A stretch of 61,097 nucleotides of DNA, the filler included. It is 8 parts of 8 records of this genome, joined end to end, with 100 filler letters (N's around TTAATTAATTAA, not from the genome) between each part and the next. Parts side by side here need not be neighbours in the genome. Positions count along the whole stretch, not along the records: positions 8,264 to 14,573 come from SRR31156797_20225; positions 14,674 to 21,813 come from SRR31156797_20227; 6 more parts are not named here. One strand, given 5' to 3'. This document shows positions 8,387-18,232 of the stretch, one piece after another. Both the position numbers and the translations under genes were made by a program. Each line of letters begins with the position of its first letter. Within the stretch, counting starts at the first letter, position 1. The notes under the pieces are model-generated. The model saw nothing but the letters and a program-made list of their open reading frames with translations. It searched no databases and was not told the origin of the DNA.

Positions 8387-10333
8387 ATGCAGCAGACCCT
8401 TATCGAGAAGATCGTGCAGCGATTCGTCGTTCAGCACGAAGGAACAGTACACAGCGGTGATTATGTAATGATCCGTCCTAAACATGTTTTAACGCACGAT
8501 AATACGGGAGCGGTGATACCCAAATTCAATGAAATAGGTAAAATGACAGTCAATGACCCAAGACAACCCGTCTTTGCTTTGGACCATAATGTTCAAAGTA
8601 CCGATGAGAAAAATCTAACCAAATATGCAAAGATCGAAGCATTTGCAAAAGAATATGGAATTGACTTTTATCCTGCTAAGACCGGTATCGGTCATCAGAT
8701 CATGTGTGACGAAGGATATGCCTTCCCCAATACACTAGCTGTAGCCTCGGACAGCCATTCCAATATGTATGGCGGTTTGGGTTGTTTAGGCACTCCAATA
8801 GTCCGAACAGATGCAGCGGGATTATGGGTAACCGGCGAAACGTGGTGGCAGATCCCCCCTATTGCCAAAGTCATTTTAAAAGGGAAACCGGCAAAGGGTG
8901 TTTCCGGTAAAGATATTGCATTGGCTTTGTGCGGGCTTTTCCCTAATGACGAGGTATTGAACCATGCCCTTGAGTTCGAGGGTGAAGCTTTGGAACATAT
9001 CAGTGTTGAACAACGATTGACCATAGCAAATATGACCACCGAATGGGGCGCTTTGGTCGGTATTTTCCCTGTTGATGTTAAAACGATCGAATGGTACGAA
9101 AATAGGAATAAAACCATCAAGGAACGCGGACTTATGGGCCTTGCTTCCGATGAAGGTCAAAATGTTCATCCCAGGATCAACGATGATACGATCAAGGAAT
9201 TAAAAGAAAATCCTCTTTCAGCGGATACAGATGCATATTACGCTAAGGTTGTAACACTTGATGTCAGCACGATCTCTCCTATTGTTTCAGGTCCCCACGG
9301 TGTAAAGCTGATGTATTCGGCTAAAGAAATGAATGATAAAAAGATCCCTGTTAATAAAGCCTATCTGGTTTCTTGTGTGAACGGACGTTATGAAGACATG
9401 GTAACAGCCGCTGAATATATGAAAAACAAGAAAGTCGCCGAAGGTGTTGAATTCTATGTTGGATGTGCTTCCAAAGAGATCCAGAAAAAGCTGGAAAAGG
9501 AGGGCCATTGGAAAACACTGCTTGATGCCGGTGCCATCGAACTCCCACCGGGTTGCGGTATGTGTATAGGTCTTGGAAAAGGTTTATTAAGTGATGATGA
9601 GGTGGCTATATCTGCTACAAATCGCAATTTTAAAGGCCGTATGGGCTCAAAAGATTCAGAAGCCTACCTTGGGTCACCACTGACTGTCGCAATGTCTGCA
9701 GAGGCCGGATATATCCTTGCTGAGGATAATGAAGCATCTGCACCCGTATGCACAATCAAAGGATCACCCAAAGTGGAACGAAAGGTATCGACTACTATTC
9801 TTGAAGGATTTCCGGAAAGCGTAGAAGGTAAGCTGATCTTCTGTCCTCAAGATAATATGAACACTGATGGTATCTATCCCGGTAAATATACCTATATCGA
9901 TACCATGACCGCAGAACAACAAGCTGAAGTCGTAATGGAAAATTATGATCCCGATTTTATTAAAATTGCTGGCTCCGGTGATATACTTGCAGGTGGATTT
10001 AATTTTGGTACGGGCTCTTCACGAGAACAAGCTGCCACAGCTTTTAAATACAAAGGCATCAGGATGGTCATAGCGGGTTCTTTCAGTGAAACCTACAAAA
10101 GAAATGCACTTAATAACGGTTTCATCGTTATTGAATGTTTAGAGTTGATAAATGATCTGAAGACAGCCTTTAAAGATGGATTGACCATTGATACCGGGAT
10201 CGATCTCAGCGTTGATTTCAAAAATGCGCAGATCAAAGCCGGTGATAAATCATATACATTTAATCCTTTGGGCGAGGCAGCTCAACGCTTGATCATTGAA
10301 AGTGGTTTACTTCAAATGATCAGAAATAACTAA
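8387..10333 (+). CDS. lysF: Homoaconitase, single-chain (large + small subunit fused)
   Basis: HDN, DSHSNMYGG, VRTDAAGLWVTGETWWQIPP, SCVN, CGMCIG, TNRNFKGRMG, NTDGIYPGKYTY, NFGTGSSREQA. RBS GGAG before ATG 8387. Confidence 0.8.
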   Translation: MQQTLIEKIVQRFVVQHEGTVHSGDYVMIRPKHVLTHDNTGAVIPKFNEIGKMTVNDPRQPVFALDHNVQSTDEKNLTKYAKIEAFAKEYGIDFYPAKTGIGHQIMCDEGYAFPNTLAVASDSHSNMYGGLGCLGTPIVRTDAAGLWVTGETWWQIPPIAKVILKGKPAKGVSGKDIALALCGLFPNDEVLNHALEFEGEALEHISVEQRLTIANMTTEWGALVGIFPVDVKTIEWYENRNKTIKERGLMGLASDEGQNVHPRINDDTIKELKENPLSADTDAYYAKVVTLDVSTISPIVSGPHGVKLMYSAKEMNDKKIPVNKAYLVSCVNGRYEDMVTAAEYMKNKKVAEGVEFYVGCASKEIQKKLEKEGHWKTLLDAGAIELPPGCGMCIGLGKGLLSDDEVAISATNRNFKGRMGSKDSEAYLGSPLTVAMSAEAGYILAEDNEASAPVCTIKGSPKVERKVSTTILEGFPESVEGKLIFCPQDNMNTDGIYPGKYTYIDTMTAEQQAEVVMENYDPDFIKIAGSGDILAGGFNFGTGSSREQAATAFKYKGIRMVIAGSFSETYKRNALNNGFIVIECLELINDLKTAFKDGLTIDTGIDLSVDFKNAQIKAGDKSYTFNPLGEAAQRLIIESGLLQMIRNN

Positions 10334-10343
10334 GGAACATGAA

Positions 10344-11009
10344 ATGAAAAAAATAGTTTTATTTCTATTGATCATCAGTGTTTTCCTGGGATGTTCAACC
10401 ATGTATTACAATAGGGTCCCTATGCAAGTAAGTGAGATCGACCAGATATACAAGGAGACCGGACTTGAACCGGTGATGAAAAAAGAAGTATTTCAAATGG
10501 CTATGACAGGTTATTCAAAGATCAGGCCAAAAAAAGACACGATCATCAGTGTTATTGACTTCTCAATGCCATCAATCGAGAAACGGTTTTTTCTCATTGA
10601 TCTAGCAAACAAAACCTTGTTGCATCATACCTATACTTCTCATGGTGTAAATACCGGCGAAAACATGGCTGTTTCCTTCTCCAATACTGAGGGCAGCCGA
10701 CAAAGCAGTCTGGGCTTTTATAAAACTGCTGAAACATATGAAGGCAAACACGGCACATCTTTGAAACTTGATGGTCTGGAAAAAGGCTTTAATCACAGAG
10801 CCAGAAAAAGATACATCGTGATCCATTCTGCAGATTACGTGACAGATAGTTTTATTGAAGAAAATGGTCGTTTGGGACGAAGTTGGGGTTGTCCGGCATT
10901 ACCTCCAAAGCTTACTCAGGAAATTATCCAAACGATCAAAAAGGGGTCTGTCCTCTTTATATATGCCAATGATGAAGACTATTTGAATAACTCAAAACTT
11001 ATTCGATAA
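10344..11009 (+). CDS. Murein L,D-transpeptidase catalytic-domain lipoprotein (YkuD_2-like)
   Basis: Lipobox FLGC; SSLGFY, IVIHSADY, GRSWGCPAL. Confidence 0.9.
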   Translation: MKKIVLFLLIISVFLGCSTMYYNRVPMQVSEIDQIYKETGLEPVMKKEVFQMAMTGYSKIRPKKDTIISVIDFSMPSIEKRFFLIDLANKTLLHHTYTSHGVNTGENMAVSFSNTEGSRQSSLGFYKTAETYEGKHGTSLKLDGLEKGFNHRARKRYIVIHSADYVTDSFIEENGRLGRSWGCPALPPKLTQEIIQTIKKGSVLFIYANDEDYLNNSKLIR

Positions 11010-11028
11010 TAATTTAACTCACATAAGC

Positions 11029-11058
11029 AAAAAAGGCCCGCGGAGAGCGGACCTTTTT
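11029..11058. terminator. Bidirectional terminator
   Basis: AAAAAAGGCCCGC-GGAGA-GCGGACCTTTTT between convergent genes. Confidence 0.75.
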
Positions 11059-11075
11059 CTATGATAGATGATTTT

Positions 11076-12323
11076 TTATTTTAATAATGTCATTTTCTGA
11101 GTATTGACTTCATTGCCAATAATAGTCCTGACAAAATAAATTCCTGAATTAAGGTTTGAGGCATTTACTCTCAATTGATATTGACGCGCTTCATAATAAC
11201 CGTCAGCGATCAACATCACTTTATTACCTCTAATATCGTACATCGCAATATTCACATCCATCGCTTTCATAAGCTCAAATGGAATAGTAAAACTTGGATT
11301 AAATGGATTGGGGTAATTCGATCCCAATCTAAAATCTTCATTTTCAACCAGCATGCTCTCTGGAATAATGATACTGATCGGACCATGTGAAGTAAGCATT
11401 CCATTAAAATCAACATCTTCAAGCATGTATAAATATGTCACACCGGGCTTTACCTTAGTATCATAGAACGTATATTCATTTTGTTGCGTTGTCGTACCCG
11501 CACCGATCAGATCATCGTTCTCAAGATAGGTGGAAATAACTTCATACTCTGATATGTCATTATCGGAATATTTAATTGCACGCTTAATAATATAACCGAG
11601 ATTCTGTGTTTCACTTTCAGTCGTCCAATTTAACACAACCTGTGAAGCTTCATACTGAGCAGCAAAATTCTTCAGTGAAATGGCCAAAGCCGGATCACCT
11701 GTATCTGAATAAGTAATAGTTGTTGTTTCATTGGCATTTGTTATTGACAAGGCATCGTATGTGCTTCCCGCACCACTATTCGTTCCATCATGCTCTCTGA
11801 ACAAATTGTTTATACCTGTAACACTGCTTGGCCAATCAAGATTTGATGAACCGGATACACTTGCTTCCAGCTTAATACGCATGATCGTTGTAAGGGACGA
11901 TGACGAGGTGGATATGTATGTAGATGAACCATACCAGCCTGAATCATATGCCTGTGTTGCTTCAAAAGCTACGGAGAACGCATCAGCATATGTATCGTTA
12001 CCACCGCTCGGAATGATGTTATATAGTAAACCGCTGCTTTCGGCTAAAGGACCCATCTTTGTAATGGATGTTATCTTGCTGTTATCTACAACATTTGATC
12101 CAAATACCGTTGTATCATATTCAACATAAATCTGACCCTCACTGAAGACGTTTGACCCATCACCACTGCTAACGTATGCCTGTACATCAAACTCGTAAAA
12201 AGTCTGTGTATCGGAATATGATACGGTTCCATTGTTATAATACAGAACAACCGTACCGGTTTCGGCAAAAATAGCAGTCGCTAAGATCAATACTAACAAC
12301 AATGTCAGAATTGTTTTTTTCAT
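11076..12323 (-). CDS. Secreted protein: cohesin-like N-domain + Ig-like domain + T9SS type-A-like C-terminal sorting domain
   Basis: Signal peptide; WTTESETQNLGY; NYPNPFNP...SGIYFVR...QKMTLLK. Confidence 0.75.
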   Translation of the reverse strand: MKKTILTLLLVLILATAIFAETGTVVLYYNNGTVSYSDTQTFYEFDVQAYVSSGDGSNVFSEGQIYVEYDTTVFGSNVVDNSKITSITKMGPLAESSGLLYNIIPSGGNDTYADAFSVAFEATQAYDSGWYGSSTYISTSSSSLTTIMRIKLEASVSGSSNLDWPSSVTGINNLFREHDGTNSGAGSTYDALSITNANETTTITYSDTGDPALAISLKNFAAQYEASQVVLNWTTESETQNLGYIIKRAIKYSDNDISEYEVISTYLENDDLIGAGTTTQQNEYTFYDTKVKPGVTYLYMLEDVDFNGMLTSHGPISIIIPESMLVENEDFRLGSNYPNPFNPSFTIPFELMKAMDVNIAMYDIRGNKVMLIADGYYEARQYQLRVNASNLNSGIYFVRTIIGNEVNTQKMTLLK

Positions 12324-12499
12324 TCTTCTCCAAGAGCATTGCTCTTTACAAACAGGGAGGATATCTTATTATGAAACACTTTCTTGCAACTCATAAGAAG
12401 GTATTCTCTCCATTATTATCTTATCACCTTTCGGTGTTTTTCAATTATCCAGGGCTAAGCCCATATATAAACGTTCACGTTGTTTGTGAACTTAATATT

Positions 12500-13735
12500 C
12501 TATTTCACAAGCATCATTTTCTGAGTACTGACAATATTGTCAACCTGGATCTTCAAGATATAAATTCCTGATCCCAGATCATTGCCGTTCACCATCAACT
12601 GATAAGTACCTGCTGCGAAATCCCTATTGGCGATCTCTTTGACCATCCGGCCTTTTACATCGTATAATTTGATATCAACCGATGTTGATGAATATATTTC
12701 AAATGGTACTACGAATGCTGGGTTAAAGGGATTCGGGTAACTGGCAGTAAATTCAAATTTATCGTTTGAAATGACTTTGTTGCTCTTAATTGATATCACA
12801 ACCGGCTCACATTCGCGAATGTGACCGCTTGCATCAACATCTTGTAATACATAAGCGTAGGTTACACCCGGCTTTACCGATTTATCCCAGAACATGTAAT
12901 CTGTTTTCTTTGTGGTTGTCCCGGCGCCAAGTAGGTCATCGTTGGTGATATAACTGTCTATTTCTTCAAAAATGCCATAAAGATCTTCACCGAATACTAT
13001 TGCTCTTTTTACGATAAATCCCAAATTCTCAGTTTCGCTTTGTGTTCTCCATCTTAGGCGAACCTTGCCACCTTTGTTATCGGCATTGAAATAATCCAAT
13101 TCGATCGAAGTATAAGGTTCTCCTGTAACGGGACCTTCAATATAGACCGGTTCAACAGCTTCAGAAAGGTCATTGGGACCTGCATATTGAAGATCAGCCA
13201 AGGTCCAGAACTGTTCATCGGAATTGCTTACTCTAGCATGAGGAAAAGATACTTCACCGCTGCCAGCAGCAATAGCTTTTATCTTAATATGAAATAGATC
13301 TGAAGGAGCATTAGGATCACTTGAAATTTGAGGATAATAACCGGGATTACTTGGAAATGCAGCTTCAAAGGTCAGTGCAAAAACATCAGAAAATGTATTT
13401 GCTGCTGAGTTATTAATAACATTATAGGCATACATACCGGGTAGCAATTCAGATGCAAGCAGTCCGGTTCTGGTATATTCGAGTGAGCTGGTTCCGCCAA
13501 TAGTATTGCCGAAAAGTTCCGTATCGTATTCAACATAAACATTGGCACTACCGAATAACAGATCATCGGCATTGCCTGTACCAGTCACATAAGCTTGAAT
13601 GTCGAATTCATAGAATGTATCATCACCTGATGTTGTAACAACGCCATTATCAAATACAAAATGCACGACACCCGGCGTAGTGGCAGCCATTAGGCCTGTA
13701 AGCAACGCTATAAGCAGTATCAATGTTTTTTTCAT
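12500..13735 (-). CDS. Paralog of 11076..12323 (cohesin-like + sorting domain)
   Basis: Shares FYEFDxQAYV, YVEYDT, DxFxxxFEA, LGAGTTT, VKPGVTY, YPNPFNP; ends QKMMLVK. Confidence 0.75.
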   Translation of the reverse strand: MKKTLILLIALLTGLMAATTPGVVHFVFDNGVVTTSGDDTFYEFDIQAYVTGTGNADDLLFGSANVYVEYDTELFGNTIGGTSSLEYTRTGLLASELLPGMYAYNVINNSAANTFSDVFALTFEAAFPSNPGYYPQISSDPNAPSDLFHIKIKAIAAGSGEVSFPHARVSNSDEQFWTLADLQYAGPNDLSEAVEPVYIEGPVTGEPYTSIELDYFNADNKGGKVRLRWRTQSETENLGFIVKRAIVFGEDLYGIFEEIDSYITNDDLLGAGTTTKKTDYMFWDKSVKPGVTYAYVLQDVDASGHIRECEPVVISIKSNKVISNDKFEFTASYPNPFNPAFVVPFEIYSSTSVDIKLYDVKGRMVKEIANRDFAAGTYQLMVNGNDLGSGIYILKIQVDNIVSTQKMMLVK

Positions 13736-13842
13736 TTCTTTTCTCTCCGTCTCTTTCTCTCAGTTCTCAATCATTTCTTATATGCCAAAAGCACTTCATC
13801 AAAGTGCTTTTAACTATTTAATTCTCGGGGCATCATATAATC

Positions 13843-14538
13843 CTACTGGCTGGGTACCTGAGATGCTTTACCGACATTACTTTGATAAAAAGCACTTTTA
13901 TCGTTAGTCTGAACAAATCCGTTCATATCGTAATCAGCAGACTTATATCCGGATTGACCTGTTTGTCCATTCCAGGTACTGCTTTTATCAGTAGTTTGGA
14001 TCTGTTCATTTCCATCACCGTCACCGGCGATCATCGCATAGTCACTACCAACTTGCTTTACTGCAAGTGTGTTACCGCCATATGCGGCACCACTGACAGT
14101 AAAATCATGCTCTTCACTGGCAAAACTATCAGTTTCATCAATCGTAACGGCAGCATTGCTCATTACGGCAAGATGGTTTCTATGTTTTACTACAACGTAG
14201 TAATCGGTACCAGATTCCAGTCCCGTAAATGCTAATCCATTAATGCCTGTAGTATCGGTTACATTTCCATTCTCAAGTAGGCAACCGACTGCTTGTGCAA
14301 CCGTAGCGCCACTTGTAGTGGCACGCAGTTCAACAAGCACCCAGTCAACCATATCTGACGGCAATCCATCTACAACAGTCGTTGTTCCCAAATAAGGATC
14401 AGTTGCAGGAATAACTCCAAAACCAGTTTCGCTTCCGGCAAATGTAGCGTCTCTCAAATGAGTGTTCATTGTTGTCTGTGCAAAAAGAAAACTTACGCTT
14501 AGAAAAACCATCAGCGTTACAGTCAGTATCTTTTTCAT
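13843..14538 (-). CDS. Secreted protein with C-terminal dockerin-like duplicated Ca-binding loops
   Basis: Signal peptide from ATG 14538; DWVLVELR, HRNHLAVMS; GDGDGNEQIQTTDK and ADYDMNGFVQTNDK. Confidence 0.7.
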   Translation of the reverse strand: MKKILTVTLMVFLSVSFLFAQTTMNTHLRDATFAGSETGFGVIPATDPYLGTTTVVDGLPSDMVDWVLVELRATTSGATVAQAVGCLLENGNVTDTTGINGLAFTGLESGTDYYVVVKHRNHLAVMSNAAVTIDETDSFASEEHDFTVSGAAYGGNTLAVKQVGSDYAMIAGDGDGNEQIQTTDKSSTWNGQTGQSGYKSADYDMNGFVQTNDKSAFYQSNVGKASQVPSQ

Positions 14539-14573
14539 TTTTGTGTTTCTCCGCATTTCTCTCTCATATACTC

Positions 14574-14673
14574 NNNNNNNNNNNNNNNNNNNNNNNNNNN
14601 NNNNNNNNNNNNNNNNNTTAATTAATTAANNNNNNNNNNNNNNNNNNNNNNNNNNNNNNNNNNNNNNNNNNNN
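14574..14673. other. Artificial contig linker
   Basis: Same 100-nt N/TTAATTAATTAA spacer. Confidence 0.98.
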
Positions 14674-14677
14674 TTGC

Positions 14678-14706
14678 TTTACAAACGTGTCTAATTATTA
14701 TATAAT
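14678..14706 (+). promoter_or_regulatory. Sigma-70-type promoter
   Basis: TTTACA-17 nt-TATAAT upstream of mreC. Confidence 0.75.
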
Positions 14707-14769
14707 GTATGTGATTGTATTTTTTTTGATAGTACAAAAAAATATTGGAAAAGCTTGGAGAAATGAAGA

Positions 14770-15564
14770 ATGAGATTAAAAGAATTCAAAAGAAGAAAAA
14801 GAATTGTTACTGGAGTTTTAACTTTAATAGCTGTGATATTCGTTTTTAGATTTACGCTTAACAATTTAGCGACATTGTTAAACGGTGCACTGCTTCCAGT
14901 TAAAATTTTAGCTTATAAAGTTAGTAGGAATTCAAAAGAAACATTTGATAATTTAAGAGATATCAATGGAATATTGAATGAGAATAAAACCTTAAAAGAA
15001 GAGAATTATGCTTTGAAACTGGAAAATTTTAAATTAAATAATATGAAAGAGGAAAATAAAAGATTAAAAACTCTTCTTGAAATGAAACAAGAGGAGAATA
15101 TTGACTTTCAAATAGCTAATATCTCGTTTAGAGATCCGCTAAGTGTTTATGATGAGTTTTTTATAAATAAAGGAAAAAAAGATGGTATCAAAGAGGATAT
15201 GATTGTTTTAAATAAAGATACCTTGTTAGGAAAAGTAAAGAAAGTATATGAAACGAACTCTGTTGTAGAATTAATTACTAAAAATGGAATTTATACAAGT
15301 ATTTTAGTAGGTGATGGGAACTACTTAGGAGTTTTAAAAGGAGTTAACTCTGAAGAGTTAGCTGTAGAGTATATTACTAATGATATTGAAATAGAGGCTG
15401 GAGACAGAGTGATAACATCAGGAGTAAGTGATGTTTATCCAAAAGGTCTTTATTTAGGGGATATAATTAGCGTAAAGAATGATGATGATTATCTATATAA
15501 AGAAGTGAAGATGAAACTTCCTTATAACATATTTGAAATTTATGAAGTAGTTATACTTAAATAA
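14770..15564 (+). CDS. mreC: Rod shape-determining protein MreC
   Basis: TM, coiled coil (EENKRLKTLL), INKGKKDGI, GDRVITSGVSDVYPKGLYLG. Confidence 0.93.
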   Translation: MRLKEFKRRKRIVTGVLTLIAVIFVFRFTLNNLATLLNGALLPVKILAYKVSRNSKETFDNLRDINGILNENKTLKEENYALKLENFKLNNMKEENKRLKTLLEMKQEENIDFQIANISFRDPLSVYDEFFINKGKKDGIKEDMIVLNKDTLLGKVKKVYETNSVVELITKNGIYTSILVGDGNYLGVLKGVNSEELAVEYITNDIEIEAGDRVITSGVSDVYPKGLYLGDIISVKNDDDYLYKEVKMKLPYNIFEIYEVVILK

Positions 15565-15574
15565 AAATTGAGAG

Positions 15575-16138
15575 GTGAATTACATGAAAAAATTAATATA
15601 CTTATTACTAATGATCTCAATAGCGCTTTCCAGTTTTGCCGGATATTTTGAAAATGTTAATGAATTTTCAGCTGATGTGAGTGAAGAGACTTTTTATAGT
15701 CAGGATAAAAAACTAAAAAAATATATATTAAAAATAGCTTTTCCAGATAAAGTATATAAAGAGATGCTTTTTCCGCAGTTAAATGCCGGAGAAAAATACA
15801 TCTACGATGGTGATGTAAAACTTACATACTATCCAATTCTAGAAGAGATGATTGAAGAAACGATTGATGAAGATGAAAATGCAATTTTAAAAACCCTGAA
15901 AGATATTAAAAGTGATAATGAGCAAATTATAAAGATTGAAAAAAATGGAGAACTTGAAAAAATAATATATAATGATGGCTATGAAGTTCACTTTTTTCAA
16001 TATGCAATTGTTGATGATTTAAATTTCCCCCATATGATCGAGATCTATGAAAATGGATATTTAATTAGTAAGTTATCTCTTGAAAATATTGCAATTAATA
16101 ATGAGTTTTCTTTTGAGGAGTTAAAGCTAAATGAGTAA
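15575..16138 (+). CDS. Exported hypothetical protein, possibly LolA-like
   Basis: Signal peptide; beta-rich, FPDKVYKEM...GEKYIYDG. Confidence 0.55.
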   Translation: MNYMKKLIYLLLMISIALSSFAGYFENVNEFSADVSEETFYSQDKKLKKYILKIAFPDKVYKEMLFPQLNAGEKYIYDGDVKLTYYPILEEMIEETIDEDENAILKTLKDIKSDNEQIIKIEKNGELEKIIYNDGYEVHFFQYAIVDDLNFPHMIEIYENGYLISKLSLENIAINNEFSFEELKLNE

Positions 16139-16856
16139 AGAGATAAAACTTAAAGCTTTAGTAATAAAAAAGACTGATTATAATGAAGCTGACAGGATTA
16201 TTAGAATTCTTAGTGAAGAGTATGGGAAAACAGATGTAATTGTTAAAGGTATAAGAAAAAGCAAAAAACGAGATAAAACAGCAGTTGATGTTTTCACCTT
16301 GACAGACTTTGTTTTAAATTATACAAATAATAGAGTTATAGCGAAATCATTTGAAACTGCAAATCCATTCATTAAACTAAGAATGGATCTGTTTAAAATG
16401 AATGCTGCATATTATATACTAACAGTATTAAATGAAATAGAAATTGAGAGTAATATACAACAAAAAATAGCAAAACTGACTTTTAATTCTATAGAATATA
16501 TTAATAAAGAAGAAAATAAACACAATATAATACTTTTGCTGGTTTATTATTTATATAAAATTATCAGATATGAAGGACTTAATTTTAAAATTACTAATGG
16601 AAGTTGGTTTGATATAAGCAAAGGTTTGATCTGTGACAATAAAGGTCAAAGCGGCTTTAAGTTAACAGATACAGAGAGAAGTTATATAGTACAGTTAAAT
16701 TCAGTTGACATCGAGGGTATAAATAAGTTAAAATCAAGAGAAAACACACATTTTAAGATACTTGAGATGTTAGAAAAGTACTTGAACTACCACATGACTA
16801 CAAATATAAATATTACAAGACTGATTGGGAGGAATTATTTAGATGAATTTAGTTAA
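16131..16856 (+). CDS. recO: DNA repair protein RecO
   Basis: KKTDYNEADRIIRILSEEYGK...KGIRKSK N-terminal OB fold. Confidence 0.88.
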   Translation: MSKEIKLKALVIKKTDYNEADRIIRILSEEYGKTDVIVKGIRKSKKRDKTAVDVFTLTDFVLNYTNNRVIAKSFETANPFIKLRMDLFKMNAAYYILTVLNEIEIESNIQQKIAKLTFNSIEYINKEENKHNIILLLVYYLYKIIRYEGLNFKITNGSWFDISKGLICDNKGQSGFKLTDTERSYIVQLNSVDIEGINKLKSRENTHFKILEMLEKYLNYHMTTNINITRLIGRNYLDEFS

Positions 16857-17310
16857 AATTACAGATTTTATGTCAGAAGAAATGATAAATATGAGTTTAA
16901 AAGCTAATGGAAAAGAAGAAGTTCTTAAGGAATTAGCTGGAATGTTAAGCAAATCTGAAAATGTTAATGACAATAAAGGGTGTTATGATGATCTTGTAGC
17001 CAGAGAGAAACTTGGAACTACAGGAATTGGAAAAGGAGTTGCTATTCCACATGCAAAAACTGAATCAGCAACAAAACTAACTATAGCATTCGGAAAAAGC
17101 TTAAACGGAGTAAATTATGATGCTTTAGATCAAAATAAAGTAAACTTATTCTTTATTTTTGCATCACCGGTTGAAGAGAGTAAAACTTATCTTAAGATTC
17201 TCGCAAGAATCTCAAGACTTGTTAGAAATGAAGATTTTAGAAATAAGCTATTAAAATCTGAAACAGCAAAAGAAATCCTAGATCTAATAGATTCTGAGGA
17301 GAAAAAATAG
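16843..17310 (+). CDS. PTS EIIA component (fructose/nitrogen-type)
   Basis: REKLGTTGIGKGVAIPHAK phospho-His motif. Confidence 0.9.
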   Translation: MNLVKITDFMSEEMINMSLKANGKEEVLKELAGMLSKSENVNDNKGCYDDLVAREKLGTTGIGKGVAIPHAKTESATKLTIAFGKSLNGVNYDALDQNKVNLFFIFASPVEESKTYLKILARISRLVRNEDFRNKLLKSETAKEILDLIDSEEKK

Positions 17311-17320
17311 GTGATGATAT

Positions 17321-17782
17321 ATGAAATGTCCATATTGTAAAGCTGATAACAGTAAAGTAGTTGATAGTAGAAACTATCAAGATGGTCTTGCAATTAAAAG
17401 AAGAAGAGAATGTATTCAATGTGGAAAAAGATTTACGACGTATGAAAAAGTTGAACAAAAACCTTTATATGTTATAAAAAAGAACAAGTCCAGAGAAGAG
17501 TTTAAAAAAGCTAAAGTTCTTCGTGGATTAGTTAGAGCAACGGAAAAAAGAAATATAAATGTTGAAACTTTAACAGATGCTGTAGATAGAATTGAAAAAG
17601 AAGCATATAAAAGCGGTGGGCAAGGAGAAATTGAAAGCAGACAGCTTGGTGAAATCATTATGAATGAAATTAAAGAGCTGGATGAAGTAGCTTATGTTAG
17701 ATTTGCCTCAGTTTATAAGGAGTTTAATGATTTAAAATCTTTCATAAAAGAAATAGAACAAATAAATAAGGGTGAAAAATAA
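17321..17782 (+). CDS. nrdR: Transcriptional repressor NrdR
   Basis: MKCPYC...KVVDSR...RRRECxxCGKRFTTYE, ATP cone, VAYVRFASVY. Confidence 0.97.
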   Translation: MKCPYCKADNSKVVDSRNYQDGLAIKRRRECIQCGKRFTTYEKVEQKPLYVIKKNKSREEFKKAKVLRGLVRATEKRNINVETLTDAVDRIEKEAYKSGGQGEIESRQLGEIIMNEIKELDEVAYVRFASVYKEFNDLKSFIKEIEQINKGEK

Positions 17783-18230
17783 AATGAAAATTCTTGTAAT
17801 ACACGGCGTAAATTTAAATTTTTTGGGAAAAAGAGAAAAAACACTTTATGGTACGAAGGATTTGGACGAAATAAATAATAGAATCAAAAATAGATCTGAA
17901 GAGTTAAAATTTGAAATTGAAACTTTTCAATCAAACCATGAAGGTGAAATTGTTGATAAGATTCAACAAGCATATTTTGAAGGGGTAAATTATATAGTGA
18001 TTAATCCCGGGGCATTTACACATTATAGTATTGCAATAAGAGATGCGATACTTGCAGTAAATATTCCAGCAATTGAAGTTCATATTACTAATGTATATAA
18101 AAGAGAAGAATTTAGGCATAAATCAGTAATTTCTGATATTGTTATTGGTAAAATGACAGGATTCGGAGATTATGGTTATATTATGGCTCTTGATTACATT
18201 AATAATGCAAGAGAGCAGGGGATTAGTTAA
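17772..18230 (+). CDS. aroQ: Type II 3-dehydroquinate dehydratase
   Basis: HGVNLNFLGKRE, QSNHEG, INPGAFTHYS, EVHITN. ATG at 17784 is an alternative start. Confidence 0.95.
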   Translation: MKNKMKILVIHGVNLNFLGKREKTLYGTKDLDEINNRIKNRSEELKFEIETFQSNHEGEIVDKIQQAYFEGVNYIVINPGAFTHYSIAIRDAILAVNIPAIEVHITNVYKREEFRHKSVISDIVIGKMTGFGDYGYIMALDYINNAREQGIS

Positions 18231-18232
18231 GG

